From Squalus acanthias (Eukaryota): DNA of 64,000 nucleotides. Within the stretch, counting starts at the first letter, position 1; every line of letters starts with the position of its first letter. The stretch spans positions 173,230,001 to 173,294,000 of the forward strand of contig CM059425.1 in assembly GCA_030390025.1 (NCBI GenBank), written 5' to 3'. Shown one piece after another: positions 24,761 through 38,017 of this stretch. The notes beneath the pieces were generated by a model that saw nothing but the letters and a program-made list of their open reading frames with translations, was not told the origin of the DNA and did not search any database. Made by a program: the position numbers and the translations under genes.

Positions 24761-26302
24761 TGTGAGTGGTTCGACCCACTCGCCCTTACGGTTCTGACAC
24801 TGGACTTAGGTGCGAGAGCAATAATGCAGAGAAAACTCAGGTAGACCCGGTTGAATAGTACGAAATGGAAAATCTTTATTGCATATTGTTCAAGATTACG
24901 AAATACACGTCATAAGCACAGATTAATGACAGTACAAGCTTACATACATTTATGAAACTAGGTTTAGGGAAACGAGGAGCGCACGACACATCGAAAAAGG
25001 GGACACACATTATATTTATCCTTAAAACGAAAACCCTCCCCTATTAATACCTGTCCTAATCTAGATCTGTAGGATCGAGACTCATGCTCACCACTCGTGA
25101 TAACTCGGAGAATTCCGAAACGATGCTCGGATGTTTTCGCCACAGCACCTGACTATTCACGTGTTGATCAGGGGTCTCTGTACCCCACTTGTTTACTCGC
25201 TTATGCTCCTGCTAGCAGGCTGGACCGTCTGCTGTCATGAAGATCTGTGTTGGTCTCGGATTTCTGATACTACTCGAAAAAGAGTCTTCCTGTGCCCTAC
25301 ACCGGTTGTCGGTAGAACTCGAAGAAAAATCTTCTAGTGCCAGTTGTGGAGTAGCCGATAAAATTCGAAGAAGTGATTAATCGATTTTCGGGCGCGGTCG
25401 GGGCTTACTGACCGCGGCGGCACGTGTAGTCGTCTTCTTCTCTTCTCATCTCATCTCATCTCATCTCCTCTCGGGCCTTCGGTTCCAACACCGTTTACCG
25501 ACTTCTCGGGATGGTGCGCCCGCTTACAGGCCTTCGCAGACCAGCTCTCCACAGATCTTCGCGGCAAGCCACGAGGTTGACTCCCGGAAAATCAGCGGAT
25601 CAGAGAATAAGAGTGAAGAGCTCGAGTCAGTGGTCGGTAAAGAATAAGAATAAGAGAAAGATGGACGTTTGGACACTACAGTTATAGTACTGTAATTCCT
25701 TATCTCCCGCCCAATCTTAATGTTCATCTTTTGTCATGTTTTGCCGCTCAAACTTCTTGTATGGGGTGGTACTTGTCGTTAATGGGTATCGGTGATACTT
25801 GTAACTGTCTGAGTACCCGTTAATATTTCTCCCCTTGTGGAACCGGCTAGGAGTCTCCCTGGAGGGGTTTTGGGGGCCTCCGAATTCTTGTTGTGAGTAC
25901 CCGCGAACGGCTCTCTCATCGTAGAGCCGTGGGGAATTTGCGTATCAATGTCTTTGGATGGGCCCCTTGATTGCCCAGTACAATAGCTCTCATTTGTGCA
26001 TGGAGAACCCGATTCCAGCACTTATATTCCTTGCTTGGGTGTTAAAATGCAAAACGATCTCGTCTTGTCTTATCTCAATATGCTGAGTCCTGTCCGATCT
26101 TGCTGAAATGTTTATTGAAACGCCATCTTGTCTGCCTACTGAAAGTCTAGAACCTTCTGCCACGAGGCGTGGCGGCCATTTTACAGGCTGCTTGTGTCCA
26201 TTTTGAAACCTGACAGCATTTTGCTGAAATAAAGCTGTTTATACGAAAACATATGTCTCTATCTCATTATTTCGAAATCGCGATAATTTTGCGAATTCTA
26301 CA
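24761..26302 (-). mobile_element. Solo-LTR-like element, 1542 bp
   Basis: TGT...ACA termini; flanks acacc / acatc (5-bp TSD with one mismatch); non-coding and CpG-rich; minus-strand TATAA at 26022-26026 and AATAAA at 24875-24880; interrupts the Myb exon. Confidence 0.68.
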
Positions 26303-27891
26303 ACATCGTCACCATCACCTGCGAGATGGTGGTGCTCATGTTGAAGAGGGACTCCACCATTCTCTGTACAGTCGCAGACATCATGCCGCAAACCCTGTCA
26401 GAGCCTCCTGCACTTCTTCGTGCATCTCCAGGATCGCCCTCTTTGTCGACGGCCCCGAGGCTCAGCGTCTGCATCCAGCTAAGCAGAGCTGGGAGCATCC
26501 TGTGCCCTCCGGCAAGGAGTCTCCACTGCTGTCCCTGTCTCCACCATTTGTTCTTGCTCACTTGTGACGTGTGAGACACCAGGTGACAACACTGCTCTAT
26601 ATCTCGCAGGACCCACCGAGGTGCGTGTATCTGCGCTGGTGCTGGGTGCACAAGGGTTGTGTGAGGGTGCACCCTCTGACAGTGTAGCTTCCTCTGAGGA
26701 GTTGTCTTCCTCCTCTGGCTGGACAGTGGGGGGGACACTTGATGGACCTGTGGGAGAGTAAAGACATGAATTAGAAAATGTAATGATAAGAATGACATTT
26801 CACTGGCTGCTGACATCAAGTCACCGTGAGTGACTGTTGTATACCATGTGGCTGTATGATATTTAATTCTGTCACCAGGTTGCTGAGAGGTCTCCCTCTC
26901 TCCGTCTCCCACCGCCAGCAGCTCTGCAACTCTAGTGATTTGCAGCGCCTCCTCCTCTGCTGGAGTTAAGTTGGTGTAAATTGGAAGACCACCTCCGGTT
27001 TGTTGCCTTTCCCGGATATTCTGGGTTCTTCTCCTGCAAGGAGGGAAAGAAGCGAACTTTGAATGAGAGTGATGGAATGAGTGTAAGGAATGGATGGGCT
27101 ACATTGCCAAATGGCCTCCTTCTGTGGCGTTACTTCCAATGATTGCATTAGGCTGAGGGTGAGTTTCAGCAGTGGTTAGTCAGATAGGGATGTGAGTAGG
27201 CGCATAGAGAGTGAGGGATGGGTGCACCTGCAAGGTAGGTCAGTGTGAGGAGTGACGTGCAGGAGTAGGCTTGGGAAGGCAGAGTGCTGGGGTTCTGGTG
27301 ACACGCACATCAGGATGTAGTTGAATGTGGCATTGCACTCACCTTTCCTGACCTCATGAGTTCATCAAATCTTTTGCGGCACTGGATCCAGGACCGCCTA
27401 ACTACATCCCTGCTGCTGACCTCCTCCGCGATCTCCAACCATGCCCTCTTGGTCTCACTGGAAGGTCTCTTGCGTCCATCCCCAAGAAACAGTATGCCCC
27501 AGTGTGCTCAAACTCCCTGGAGTAGGACTTCCAAGGAGGAGTCAGAGAATCTTGGTGCTGCCTTCTGCCGCTGGGATTGCCGGCTTCCCTCAAGCTTCAG
27601 ATGGAAAATCTTTAGTTTCTGAATAACCACACCTCTGCCAAAGAGCTCTGATCCTCCTCCAAGAACCTTCAAGTGTGATGTGTGAAAGGCCCCTTTAAAT
27701 ATAGGAGCTCAAGGCGCGTCATCGATGATGTCATCAGACCCACTCCATTTAATTGGCCGGGAAACCCGCAGGCCTAACTCAATTGAACCAATTCAGTTCA
27801 AGAGAAGGCGGACAGCACGCTGCCGAGTGCTGCATGAGGCTGACCCGCTACGCAGCAAACCTGACTCGCCTCAGAGGTAAAAATTTGGCCT

Positions 27892-28272
27892 ATGCCTTTA
27901 TTTATAAAGCCCAGTATCCCATATGCTTTATTAACTCAATAGCAAAATACTGCGGATGCTGGAAATCTGAAATAACAACAGAAAACGCTGGAAACACTCA
28001 GCAGGCCAGGCAGCATCCGTGGAGAGAGAAACATAATTAACGTTTCAGGTCTGGGACCCTTATTAACTGCTTCGTTAACCTGTCCTGCCACCTTCAAAGA
28101 TTTGTGCACAAGCACCCCCAGGTCTCTCTGTTCTTGCACGTCCTTTAAAATTGTACCATTTAGTGTGTATGGACTCTCCTCATTCTTCCTACCAAAATGT
28201 ATCACATAACACTTCTCTGCATTGAATTTCATCTGCCATGTGTCTGCCCATTGCACCAGCCTGTATATGTCT
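27892..28272 (-). mobile_element. CR1 RT internal fragment
   Basis: WADTWQMKFNAEKC...QRDLGVLVHKSLK in ORF 27936-28256. Confidence 0.85.
27937..28059 (-). mobile_element. 123-bp Penelope 3' end inserted in CR1, truncated within the hammerhead
   Basis: Reverse complement of 21106-21225; TSD ttattaact at 27928-27936 and 28060-28068. Confidence 0.85.
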
Positions 28273-28273
28273 T

Positions 28274-29545
28274 CTTTTTTTTAATTCGTTTTGGGATGTG
28301 GGCGTCGCTGGCAAGGCCAGCATTTATTGCCCATGAGAAGGTGGTGGTGAACCGCCTTCTTGAACCACTGCAGTCCGTGTGGTGAAGGTACTCCCACAGT
28401 GCTGTTAGGGAGGGAGTTCCAGGATTTTGACCCAGCGACGAAGAAGCAATGGCGATATATTCTCAAGTTAGGATGGTGTGTGACTTGAGTGGAACTTGGA
28501 GGTGGTGGTGTTCCCATGTACCTGCTGCCCTTGTCTTTTTAAGTGGTAGAGGTCGCAGGTTTGGGAGGTGCTGCCGAAGAAGCCTTGGCAAGTTGATGCA
28601 GTGCATCTTGTAGATGGTACACACTGCAGCCACGGTGCGCCAATGGTGGAGGGAGTGAATGTTTAAGGTGGTGGATGGGGTGCCAATCAAGTGGGCTGCT
28701 TTGTCCTGGATGGTGTCGAGTTTCTTGACTGTTGTTGGAGCTGCATTCATCCAGGCAAGTGGAGAATATTCCATCACACTCCTGAATTGTGCCTTGTAGA
28801 TGGTGGAAAGGCTTTGGGGAGTCAAGAGGTGAGACACTTGCCACAGAATACCCAGCCTCTGACCTGCTCTTGTAGCCGCAGTATTTATGTGGCTGGTCCA
28901 GTTAAGTTTCTGGTCAATGGTGACCCCCAGGATGTTGATGGTGGGGGATTCGGCGATGGTAATGCCGTTGAATGTCAAGGTGAGGTGGTTAGACTCTCGC
29001 TTGTTGGAGATAGTCATTGCCTGGCACTTGTGTGGCATGAATATTACTTGCCACATATCAGCCCAAGCCTAAATGTCGTCCAGGTCTTGCTGCATGCGGG
29101 CATGGACTGCTTCATTTTCTGAGGAGTTGTGAATGGAACTGAACGCTGTGCAATCATCAGTGAACGTCCCCACCTCTGACCTTATGATGGAGGGAAGGTC
29201 ATTGATGAAGCAGCTAAAGATGGTTGGGCCTATGACACTGCCCTGAGGAACTCCTGCAGCGATGTCCTGGGGCTGAGATGATTGACCTCCAACCACCACA
29301 ACCATCTTCCTTTGTGCTAAGTATGACTTCAGCCAGTGGAAAGTATTCCCCCTGATTCCCATTGACTTCAATTTTACTAGGGCTCCTTGATGCCACACTC
29401 AGTCAAATGCTGCCTTGATGTCAAGGGCAGTCACTCTCACCTCACCTCTGGAATTCAGTTCTTTTGTCCATGTTTGGACCAAGGCTGTAATGAGGTCTGG
29501 CTCCGAGTGGTCCTGGCGAAACCCATACTAAGCATCGGTGAGCAG
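28274..29545 (-). mobile_element. Family B LINE, 3' portion (RT C-terminal half and tail)
   Basis: ORFs 29069-29398 (GVPQGSVIGP, FTDD) and 28463-29056; tail matches 10262-10340. Confidence 0.9.
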
Positions 29546-29547
29546 AT

Positions 29548-32500
29548 TCATAGAATCATAGTATCATAAAATGGTTACAGCACGGAAGGCCATTTGACCC
29601 ATCGAGCCCGTGCCGACTCTCAGCTAGTCCCACTCCCCTGCCCTTTCCCCATAGCCCTGCAATTCTTTTTCCTTCAGATACTTATGCAACTCCCTTTTGA
29701 AAGATAAAATTGAGTCTGCCTCCACCACCTTTTCAGGCAGTGCGTTCCAGATATTAACCACTCGCTGTGTAAAAAAGTTTTTTCTTACGTTGCCTTTGGT
29801 TCTTTTGTCAATCACCTTAAATCTGTGTCCTCTGGTTCTCGGCCCTTCTGACAATGGGAACAGTTTCTCTCTATCTACCCTGTCTAGATCCCTCATGATT
29901 TTGAACACCTCTATCAAATCTCCTCTCAATATTCTCTGCTCCAAGGACAACAACCCCAGCTTCTCCAGTCTATCAACGTAACTGAAGTCCCTCATTCCTG
30001 GAATCATTCTCGTAACTCTTTTCTGCACCCTTTCTCAGGCCTTCACATCCTTCCTAAAGTGTGCTGCCCTGAATTGGACACAGCACTCCAGTTGGGGCCA
30101 AACCAGTGTTTTATACAGATTCATCATAATTTCCACACTTTTGTACTCTATACCTCTATTTATGAAGCCCAGGATCACGTAAGCCTTTTTAACTGCTTTC
30201 TCAACCTGCCCTGCCAACTTCAACGATTTATGCAGACAGGTCTCTCTGTTCGTGCACCCCCTTTAGGATTGTACCATTTAGTTTATGTGTCCTCTCCTCA
30301 TTCTTTTGACCAAAATGCATCACTTCACACTTTTCTGCGTTACATTCCATCTGCCACATGTCTGCCCATTTCACCAGCCTGTCTATGTCTTCCTGAAGAC
30401 TATCACTAATCTCCTCACTGTTCACTATACTTCCAAGTTTTGTATCATCTGCAAATTTTGAAATTGTGCCCTGTACACCCACGTCCAAATCATTAATATA
30501 TATCAAGGAAAGCAGTGGTCCTAGAACCGACCCCTGGGGAACACCACTGTGTACCTTCCTCCAGTCCGAAAAGCAACCGTTCACCACTACTCTCTGTTTC
30601 CTATCACTTAGCCAATTTTGTATCCAGGCTGCCACTCTCCCTTTTATTCCATGGGCTTCAATTTTGCTGGCAAGCCTATTATGTGGCACTTTGTCGAACG
30701 CCTTTTGGAAATCCATATACACCACGTCAACCGTATTACCCTCATCAACCCTCCCTGTCACCTCATCAAAAAACTCGATCAAGTTGGTTAAACACGATTT
30801 GCCTTTAGCAAATCCATGCTGGCTTTCCTTAATTAATCCACCCCTATCCAAGTGACTGTTGATTTTGTCCCTGATTACTGTTTCTAAAAGCTTCCCCACT
30901 ACCGAGGTTAAACTGACTGGCCTGCAGTTGCTGAGTTTATCTTTACACCCTTTTTTGAACAATGGTGTAACATTTGCAATTCTCCAGTCCTTTGGCACCA
31001 CCCCCGTATCTATGGAGGATTGGAATATTATGGCCAGTACCTCCGTGATTTCCGCCCTCAATTCCCTTAGCATCCTAGGATGCATCCCATCTGCTCCTGG
31101 TGATTTATCTACTTTAAATACAGCCAGCTTTTCTAATACCTCTTCTTTATCAATTTTTATCTTATCAAGGGTCTCTACTACCTCCTCCTTCACTATGTCT
31201 ATGGCAGCATCCTCTTCCTTGGTGAAGAGAGATGCAAGGTACTCATTTAGTACCTCAGCTATACACTCTGCCTCCATGCATAGGACTCCTTTTTGGTCCC
31301 TAATCGGCCCCACCCCTCCTCTTACTACCCTTTTACTGTTTATATGCCTATTGAAGACTTTTGGATTACCTTTTATGTTGGCTGCCATTCTATTCTCATA
31401 TCCTCTCTTTGCCCCTTTTATTTTCTTTTTCACTTCTCCTCTGACCTTTCTATATATAGCCTGATTCTCAGATGTATTTGCAACCTGACATCTGCCATAC
31501 GCGCTCTTTTTCTGCTTCATCATATTCTCTATCTCTTTCGTCATCCAGGGAGCCCTGACTTTAGTTGCTCTACCTTTCTCCCTCGTGGGAATGTACCTCA
31601 TCTGTACCCAAACTATTTCCTCTTTAAAGGCAGCCTATTGTTCCACTACAGTTTTGCCTGCCAATCTTTGATTCCAGTTTACCTGGGCCAGACCCGTTCT
31701 CATCCCACTGAAATTTCCCTTCCCCCAGTTATACATTTTTACTCCAGATTGTTACCTGTTCTTTTCCATAGGTAACCTAAATCTTATGATATTATGATCA
31801 CTGTTCCCTAAATGTTCACCTACTGACACTTGCTCCACTTGACCCACCTCATTCCCCAGAACCAGATCCAGCAATGCCTCCTCCCTCGTCGGGCTGGAAA
31901 CATACTGATCAAGAAAGTTCTCCTGAACACACTTCAGAAATTCTCCCCCTTCTCTGCCCTTAACACTATTACGATCCTAGTCTATATTAGGATAGTTGAA
32001 GTTCCCCATTATTACTACTCTATAGTTCTTGCATCTCTCTGTAATTTTTCTGCAAATTTGCTTCTCCATATCTTTCCCACTATTTGGTGGTCTATAGAAT
32101 ACACCTAGTAGTATAATGGCACCTCTATTATTTCTTAACTCTAGCCATATAGATTCTGTCCTTGACCCCTCCAGGACATCCTCCCTCTCCAGCACTGTAA
32201 CATTCTCCTTAACCAATACTGCCACACCACCTCCTATCTTTCCTTCCATATCTTTCCTGAACACCTTATAACAAGGAATATTTAATACCCAATCCTGCCC
32301 TTTTTTGAGCCAGGTCTCAGTTACTGCCACAACATCATATTCCCATGTGGCTATTTGCGCCTGCAGTTCACTTACCTTGTTTACTACGCTTCGTGCGTTC
32401 ACATACATACACTGTAAACCCATCTTAGACCATCCTGTATTCTCTCTTAGTTAGACCCCACCTAATACCTTACTATTTCTTACTTTAGTGCTCTCTGCCT

Positions 32501-33857
32501 CTCCCAATCCTTTGAGCACTTTATTTCCCCTTTCTAATGTTACATCCTGGTGCCCATCCCCCTGCCAAATTAGTTTAAACCCTCCCCAACAGCACTAGCA
32601 AAGCTCCCCGCGAGGATATTGGTTCTGGCCCTGTTGAGGTGTAACCGGCCTATACAGGTCCCACCTCCCCCAGAACCAGTCCCAATGCCCCAGGAATGTG
32701 AAGCCCTCCCTCCTGCACCATCTCTCCAGCGACGCATTCATCTGTTCTATTCTCCTATTTCTATATGCACTCGCGCGTGGCACCAGGAGTAATCCGGAGA
32801 TTACTACCTTTGAGGTCCTGCTTTTTAATCTCTTTCCTAGCTCCCTAAAATCTGCCTGCAGGACCTCATCCCTCTTTCTACCTATGTCGTTGGTACCAAT
32901 ATGGACCACGACCTCTGACTGTTCACCCTCCCCCCTGAGAATATTCTGCAGCTGCTCAGTGACATCCTTAACCGTGGCACCAGGGAGGCAACATACCATC
33001 CTGGAGTCACGTCTGCGGCCACAGAAACGCCTGTCTGCTCCCCTAACTATCGAATCCCCTACCACTATTGCTCTCCCACTCTTCTTCCTCCCCTCCCCCG
33101 TACAGCTGAGCCACCCGTAGTGCCGCCGACTTGGCTCTGGCTGCACTCGCCAGAGGAACCATCGCCCTCACCAGTACTCAGAACAGAATACTGGTTGGAG
33201 AGCGAGACGCACTCAGGGGACTCCTGCACTACCTGCCTGGTCCTCCTCTTCTGTCTGACGGTCACCCATTCCCTCTCTGCCTGCACACTCCTTATCTGCA
33301 GGGTGACCACCTCCTGAAACCTGCTATCCACATAGCTTTCATTCTCATGGATGCACCGCAGTGACGCCAGCTGCTGCTCAAGCTCCGAAACCTGGAGCTC
33401 GAACTCCTCCAGCTGACGACACCTCCTGCACACGTGGTTGTCCAGGACATGGGAAGCGTCCTGGATTTCCCACATGGCACAGGATGTGCACTCCATGGGA
33501 CTGAGCTGCCCTGCCAGGCTTCTATTTAATAGGCTATTAACTAACTTTACAGAAACCTAAGACTAAGATGTATATAATTCAAGTTATTAATATAATATGG
33601 TATTACAGTTACTAAATTAATATAGTATTAACAGTTACCAGTCTCTAAGTTTCTGTTTTACCTCTAACCAGCTATTTAGCCCCGACCCCTTGAACAGCAA
33701 GAAAAAAAACGGTGTGACCTTTACCAACCAGTCAGTTACCAGCTATCCTGTTACGTCACACCTTGTGTTTTTTTTCTCTCTCTCCGCTCTTTAAATCCTC
33801 AGTCTCTGCGCTCAGTCTTCACCCAGGCCCACTCTCGCTGCAGTGCTCACTCCTACC
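29548..33857 (-). mobile_element. Essentially full-length CR1 LINE
   Basis: ORF1 pieces 33065-33496 and 32595-33146 (GDSIVRG, HIGTND); APE 31977-32423; RT 30228-31601, 30035-30223 and 29624-30028; (tatgattc)n tail at 29548. Confidence 0.93.
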
Positions 33858-34705
33858 AATACTGTCATGGACAGATGCATCTGTGACAGGTAGATTGGTG
33901 AGGACGAGATCAAGTAGGTTTTTCCCTCGTGTTGGTTCTCTCACCACCTGCCGCAGGCCCAGTCTGGCAGTTATGTCCTTCAGGACTCGACCAGCTCAGT
34001 CAGTAGTGGTGCTACCGAGCCACTCTTGGTCATATACATTGAAGTACCCCACCCAGAGTACATTCTGTGCCCTTGCTACCCTCAGTGCTTCTTCCAAGTG
34101 GTGTTCAACACGGAGGAGTACTGATTCATCAGCTGAGGGAGGGCGGTAGGTGGTAATCAGCAGGAGGTTTCCTTGTCCATGCTTGACCTGAAGCCATGAG
34201 ACTTCATGGGGTCCAAAGTCAATGTTAAGGACTCCCATGGCCACTGGCTCCCGACTGTATACCTCTGTGCCAGCACCTCTGATAGGTCTGTCCTGCCGGT
34301 GGGAGAGGACATTCCAAGGGATGGTGATGGAGGAGTCTGGGACATTGACTGAAAGGTATGATTCTGTGAGTATGACGATGTCAGGCTGTTACTTGACTAG
34401 TCTGTGGGACAGCTCTCCCAATTTTGGCACAAGTCCCCAGATGTTAGTGAGGAGGACTTTGCAGGGTCGACTAGGCTGGGTGTGCCATTGTCGTGTCCGA
34501 AGCCGATGCGTAGGTCGATGCCTGGTGGTCCGCCCAGTTTTATTCTTATTATTGTTTCTCATAGCAGTTTGTTACAACTGAGTGGCTTACTAGGCCATTT
34601 CAGAGGGCAGTTAAGAGTCAACCACATTGCTGTGGGTCTGGAGTCATATATAGGCCAGACCAGGTAAGGACGGCAGATTTCCTTCCCTAAAGGACACTAG
34701 TGAAC
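33858..34705 (-). mobile_element. Family B LINE, 5' portion (APE domain plus upstream region)
   Basis: Homologous to 11740-12265 (TTYRPPSADES); continues upstream through 34570-34705. Confidence 0.85.
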
Positions 34706-37700
34706 CTGAAGTCTATTACTATCTTCCTCACTGTTTACTGCACTTCCAAGTTTCGTGTCATCAGCAAATTTCGAAATTGTGCCCAGTGCCCCCAAGTCCA
34801 AGTCATTAATGTCTATCAAAAACAGCAATGATCCTAGAACTGAACCTTGGAACGCCATTATATACCTCCCTCCAGTCCAAAAATAGCCATTCACAACAAC
34901 TCTCTGTTTTCTATCCCTTAGCCAATTTTGTATCCATGCTGCTATTGCCTCTTTTATCCTATGAGCTTTAATTTTGCTAACAAGCCTAGTATGTGGTACT
35001 TTATCAAATGCCTTTTGAAAGTCCATATAGACAACATCAACTGCACTGCCCTCATCCACCCTCTCTGTTACCTCATCAAAAAACCCAATCAAGTTCGTCA
35101 AACACGATTTTCCCTTAACAAATCCATGCTGCCTCTCCTTTATTAGTCTATGCTTTTCCAAGTAGCTGTTAATTTTCTCCCAGATTATTGTTTCTATAAG
35201 CTTCCTTATCTCTCATGTTAAACTGACTGGCTTGTAATTGCCAGGTTTATCCTTCTCCCCTTTTTTGAAAAAGGGTGTAACGTTTGCAATCCTCCAGTCC
35301 TTTGGCACCACATTTGTATCTAAGGAGGATGGGAAGATTGTGGCCATCACCTCCACAATTTCTACCCTTACTTCCCTCAGTAACCTGGGATGCATCCCAT
35401 CTGGACCAGGTGACTTATCCACTTTCATTACCGTCAGCCTTTCCAGTACCTCCTCTTATCTATTTTTATCTCATCCAGTATCCCAGCAATCTCGTCATTT
35501 ACCATAGCTTTGGCAAAGTCCTTTTCCTTGGTAAACACAGAAGCAAAGTTCTCATTTAGTATCTCAGCCATGTCTTCTGCCTCCACCAATAGTTCACCAT
35601 TTCAGTCTCTAATCGACCCCACCACTCCTCTGACGACCCTTTTACTGTTAATGTGCCTATAGAGGACCTCTGGATTCCCTTTTATGTTAGCTGCCAATCT
35701 ATTCCCATGCTGTCTCTTTGCCCCTCTTATTTCCTTTTTCACTTCTCCTCAGTACTTTTTATATTCAGCCTGATTCTCCCTTGTATTATCAAGCTGACAA
35801 CTGTCATACGCCCCCTTTTTCTGCTTCATCCTACTCACCAACTCCTTCGTCATCCAGGGAGCTCTGGCTTTGGTTGCCCTCCCTTTCTCCCTTGTAGGAA
35901 TGTACCTTGACTGTACCTGAACTGTCTCCTCTTTAAAGGCCACCTATTGCTCCATTACATTTCTGCCTGCCAGTCTTTGACTCTAATTTACCCGGGCCAA
36001 ATCCCTCCTCAATTCGCTGAAATTAGCCCTCCTCCAGTTAAGTATTTTTATTCTAGATTGCTCCTTGCCCTTCTCTATAACTAATCAAACTTTACGATAC
36101 TATGATCACTATGAAGATGGTTGGGCCTAGGACACTGCCCTAAGGAACTCCTGCAGTGATGTCCTGTGGCTTCATTCCCTAGGACTAGATCTAGCAATGC
36201 CTCCTTCTTCGTTGGCCAGAAAACATACTGATCACGAAAATTCTGGGACAGTAAGCTGTGAGGAGAACACAAAGAGTCTACAAAGGGATATAGATAGACT
36301 AAGTGAGTGGACAGTAAGGTGGCAGATGGAAAATAATGTAAGGAAATGTGAGGCTATTCACTTTGGTAGGAAGAATAGAAAAACAGAATTTTTTTTTTAA
36401 ATGGTGAGAAACTTTCAAATGATGGTGTTCAGAGAGATTTGGGTGTCCTCGTGCAAGAAACACAGAAAACTAGCATGCAGGTACAGAAAGCAATAAGGAA
36501 GGCAAATGGCATTTTGGCCTTTATTGCAAGGGGGTTGGAGTATAAGAGTAAGGAAGTCTTGCTACAATTGTACAGGACCTTGGCGAGACCACACCTGGAG
36601 TACTGTGCACAGTTTTGGTCTCCTTATCGAAGGAAGGATATACTTGCCTTGGAGGCGGTGCAACAAAGGTTCACTGGATTGATTCCTGGGATGAGGGCTG
36701 TCCTATGATGAGAGATTGTGTAGAATGGGCCTGTACTCTCTGGAGTTTAGAAGAATGAGAGGTGATCTCATTGAAACATACAAGATTCTGAAGGGGATTG
36801 ACAGGGTAGATGCTGAGAGGTTGCTTCCCCTGGCTGGAGTGTCTAGAACTAGGGGGCATAGTCTCAGGATAAGGGGTAGGCCATTTAAGACCGGGATGAG
36901 GAATTTCTTCACTCAGAGGGTTGTGAATCTTTGGAATTCTCTGCCACAGAGGGCTGTGAATGCTCAGTCGTTGAGTATATTTAAGACAGAGATAGACAGA
37001 TTTTTGGACTCTAAGGGAATCTAGGGATATGGAGATCGGGCGGGAAAGTGGAGTTGAGGTCGATGATCAGCCATGATCTTATTGAATGGCAGAGCTGGTT
37101 CAAGGGGCCATATGGCCTACTCCTGCTCCTATTTCTTATGTCTTATGTTCTTAGAAACTCCTCCCCTTCTCTGCCCTTAACACAATCACTGCCCCATTCA
37201 ATATTGGGGTAGTTAAAGTCTCCTATTATCACTACTCTATAGTTCTTGCACCTCACAGTAATTTCTTTGCAAATCTGCTCCTCTATCTCCTTCCCACCAT
37301 TTGGTGGCCTACAAAATACACCAGGAGCATAATGGCTCTTTTATTGTTTCTCAACTCCAACCAAATAGATTCTGCCTTTGATCCCTCAAGGGCATTATCT
37401 CTTTCTAGCACTGTAATATTTTCCTCAATCAAAACTGCTACCCCTCCTCCTTTTTTTCCTTCCCTATCTTTCCTGAATACCTTGTACCCAGGAATATTAA
37501 GCATCCAATCCGCGCCTTTTCTGAGCCAGGTCTCAGTTATCACCACTACATCATATTCTCATGTGGCTATTTGCGCCTGCAGCTCACCAACCTTATTAAC
37601 CACACTTTGAGTATTTACATATATGCACTCCAAAGCTAACTTAGGCCTCTTTGTATTTTCTATGATCCCACTTAATTCTGTATTATTTCTAACTCTAACT

Positions 37701-37880
37701 GTCTCTCCCAGTTCTCTTTCCTCCTTTTCTACTTTTACATACTACATCCTGGTGAATTAGTTTAAACCCACCCCCACAGCACTAGTTAACTTGCCCACAA
37801 AGACATTGGTCCCAGCTCTGTTCAGGTGCAACCCGTCCATCTTGAACAGGTCCTTCCTGCCACAGAACTGGTCTCAATGT
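34706..37880 (-). mobile_element. Older CR1 ORF2 region (APE through RT), interrupted
   Basis: ORFs 37283-37546 (ITETWL), 35749-35943, 35213-35428 and 34697-35161 (DFQKAFDKVPH, KFADD). Confidence 0.9.
36244..37153 (+). mobile_element. CR1 3' fragment nested in the preceding CR1
   Basis: ORFs 36439-36708 and 36716-37024; tail at ~37130-37153. Confidence 0.92.
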
Positions 37881-38017
37881 CCAATGGGCTGAATGGCCTC
37901 CTTCTGTGCTGTATCATTCTATGATTCAATACTTCCAGAATTCACAGCAGCCACAAAGGAGCTTTGAATAATTGAATGAACAATTCCTCTGAGCTTGCCA
38001 ATTCTTTTAGCAGCATT

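Larger units (their letters stand above)
22490..27600 (-). pseudogene. Harbinger Myb/SANT accessory gene, three exons, disrupted
   Basis: Exon 1 ~27600-27343 (PRFSDSSLEVLL...KRAWLEIAEEVSSRDVVRRSWIQCRKRFDEL, donor gtgagt); exon 2 27033-~26876 (acceptor ccttgcag, RQQTGGG, LTPAEEEAL); exon 3 from 26747 (acceptor ctcccacag), split by the LTR and CR1. Confidence 0.8.
18608..27891. mobile_element. Formerly autonomous PIF/Harbinger transposon (transposase on +, Myb/SANT gene on -), carrying three nested insertions
   Basis: Both genes present and convergent; degenerate termini ggccctgaaatt / aaaatttggcct with flanks ata/atg. Ends are less certain than the interior. Confidence 0.82.

Noticed and set aside
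30466..31775. Long plus-strand ORFs opposite CR1 ORF2
   Set aside because: Antisense shadows of the CR1 coding frame, seen opposite most CR1 copies here.
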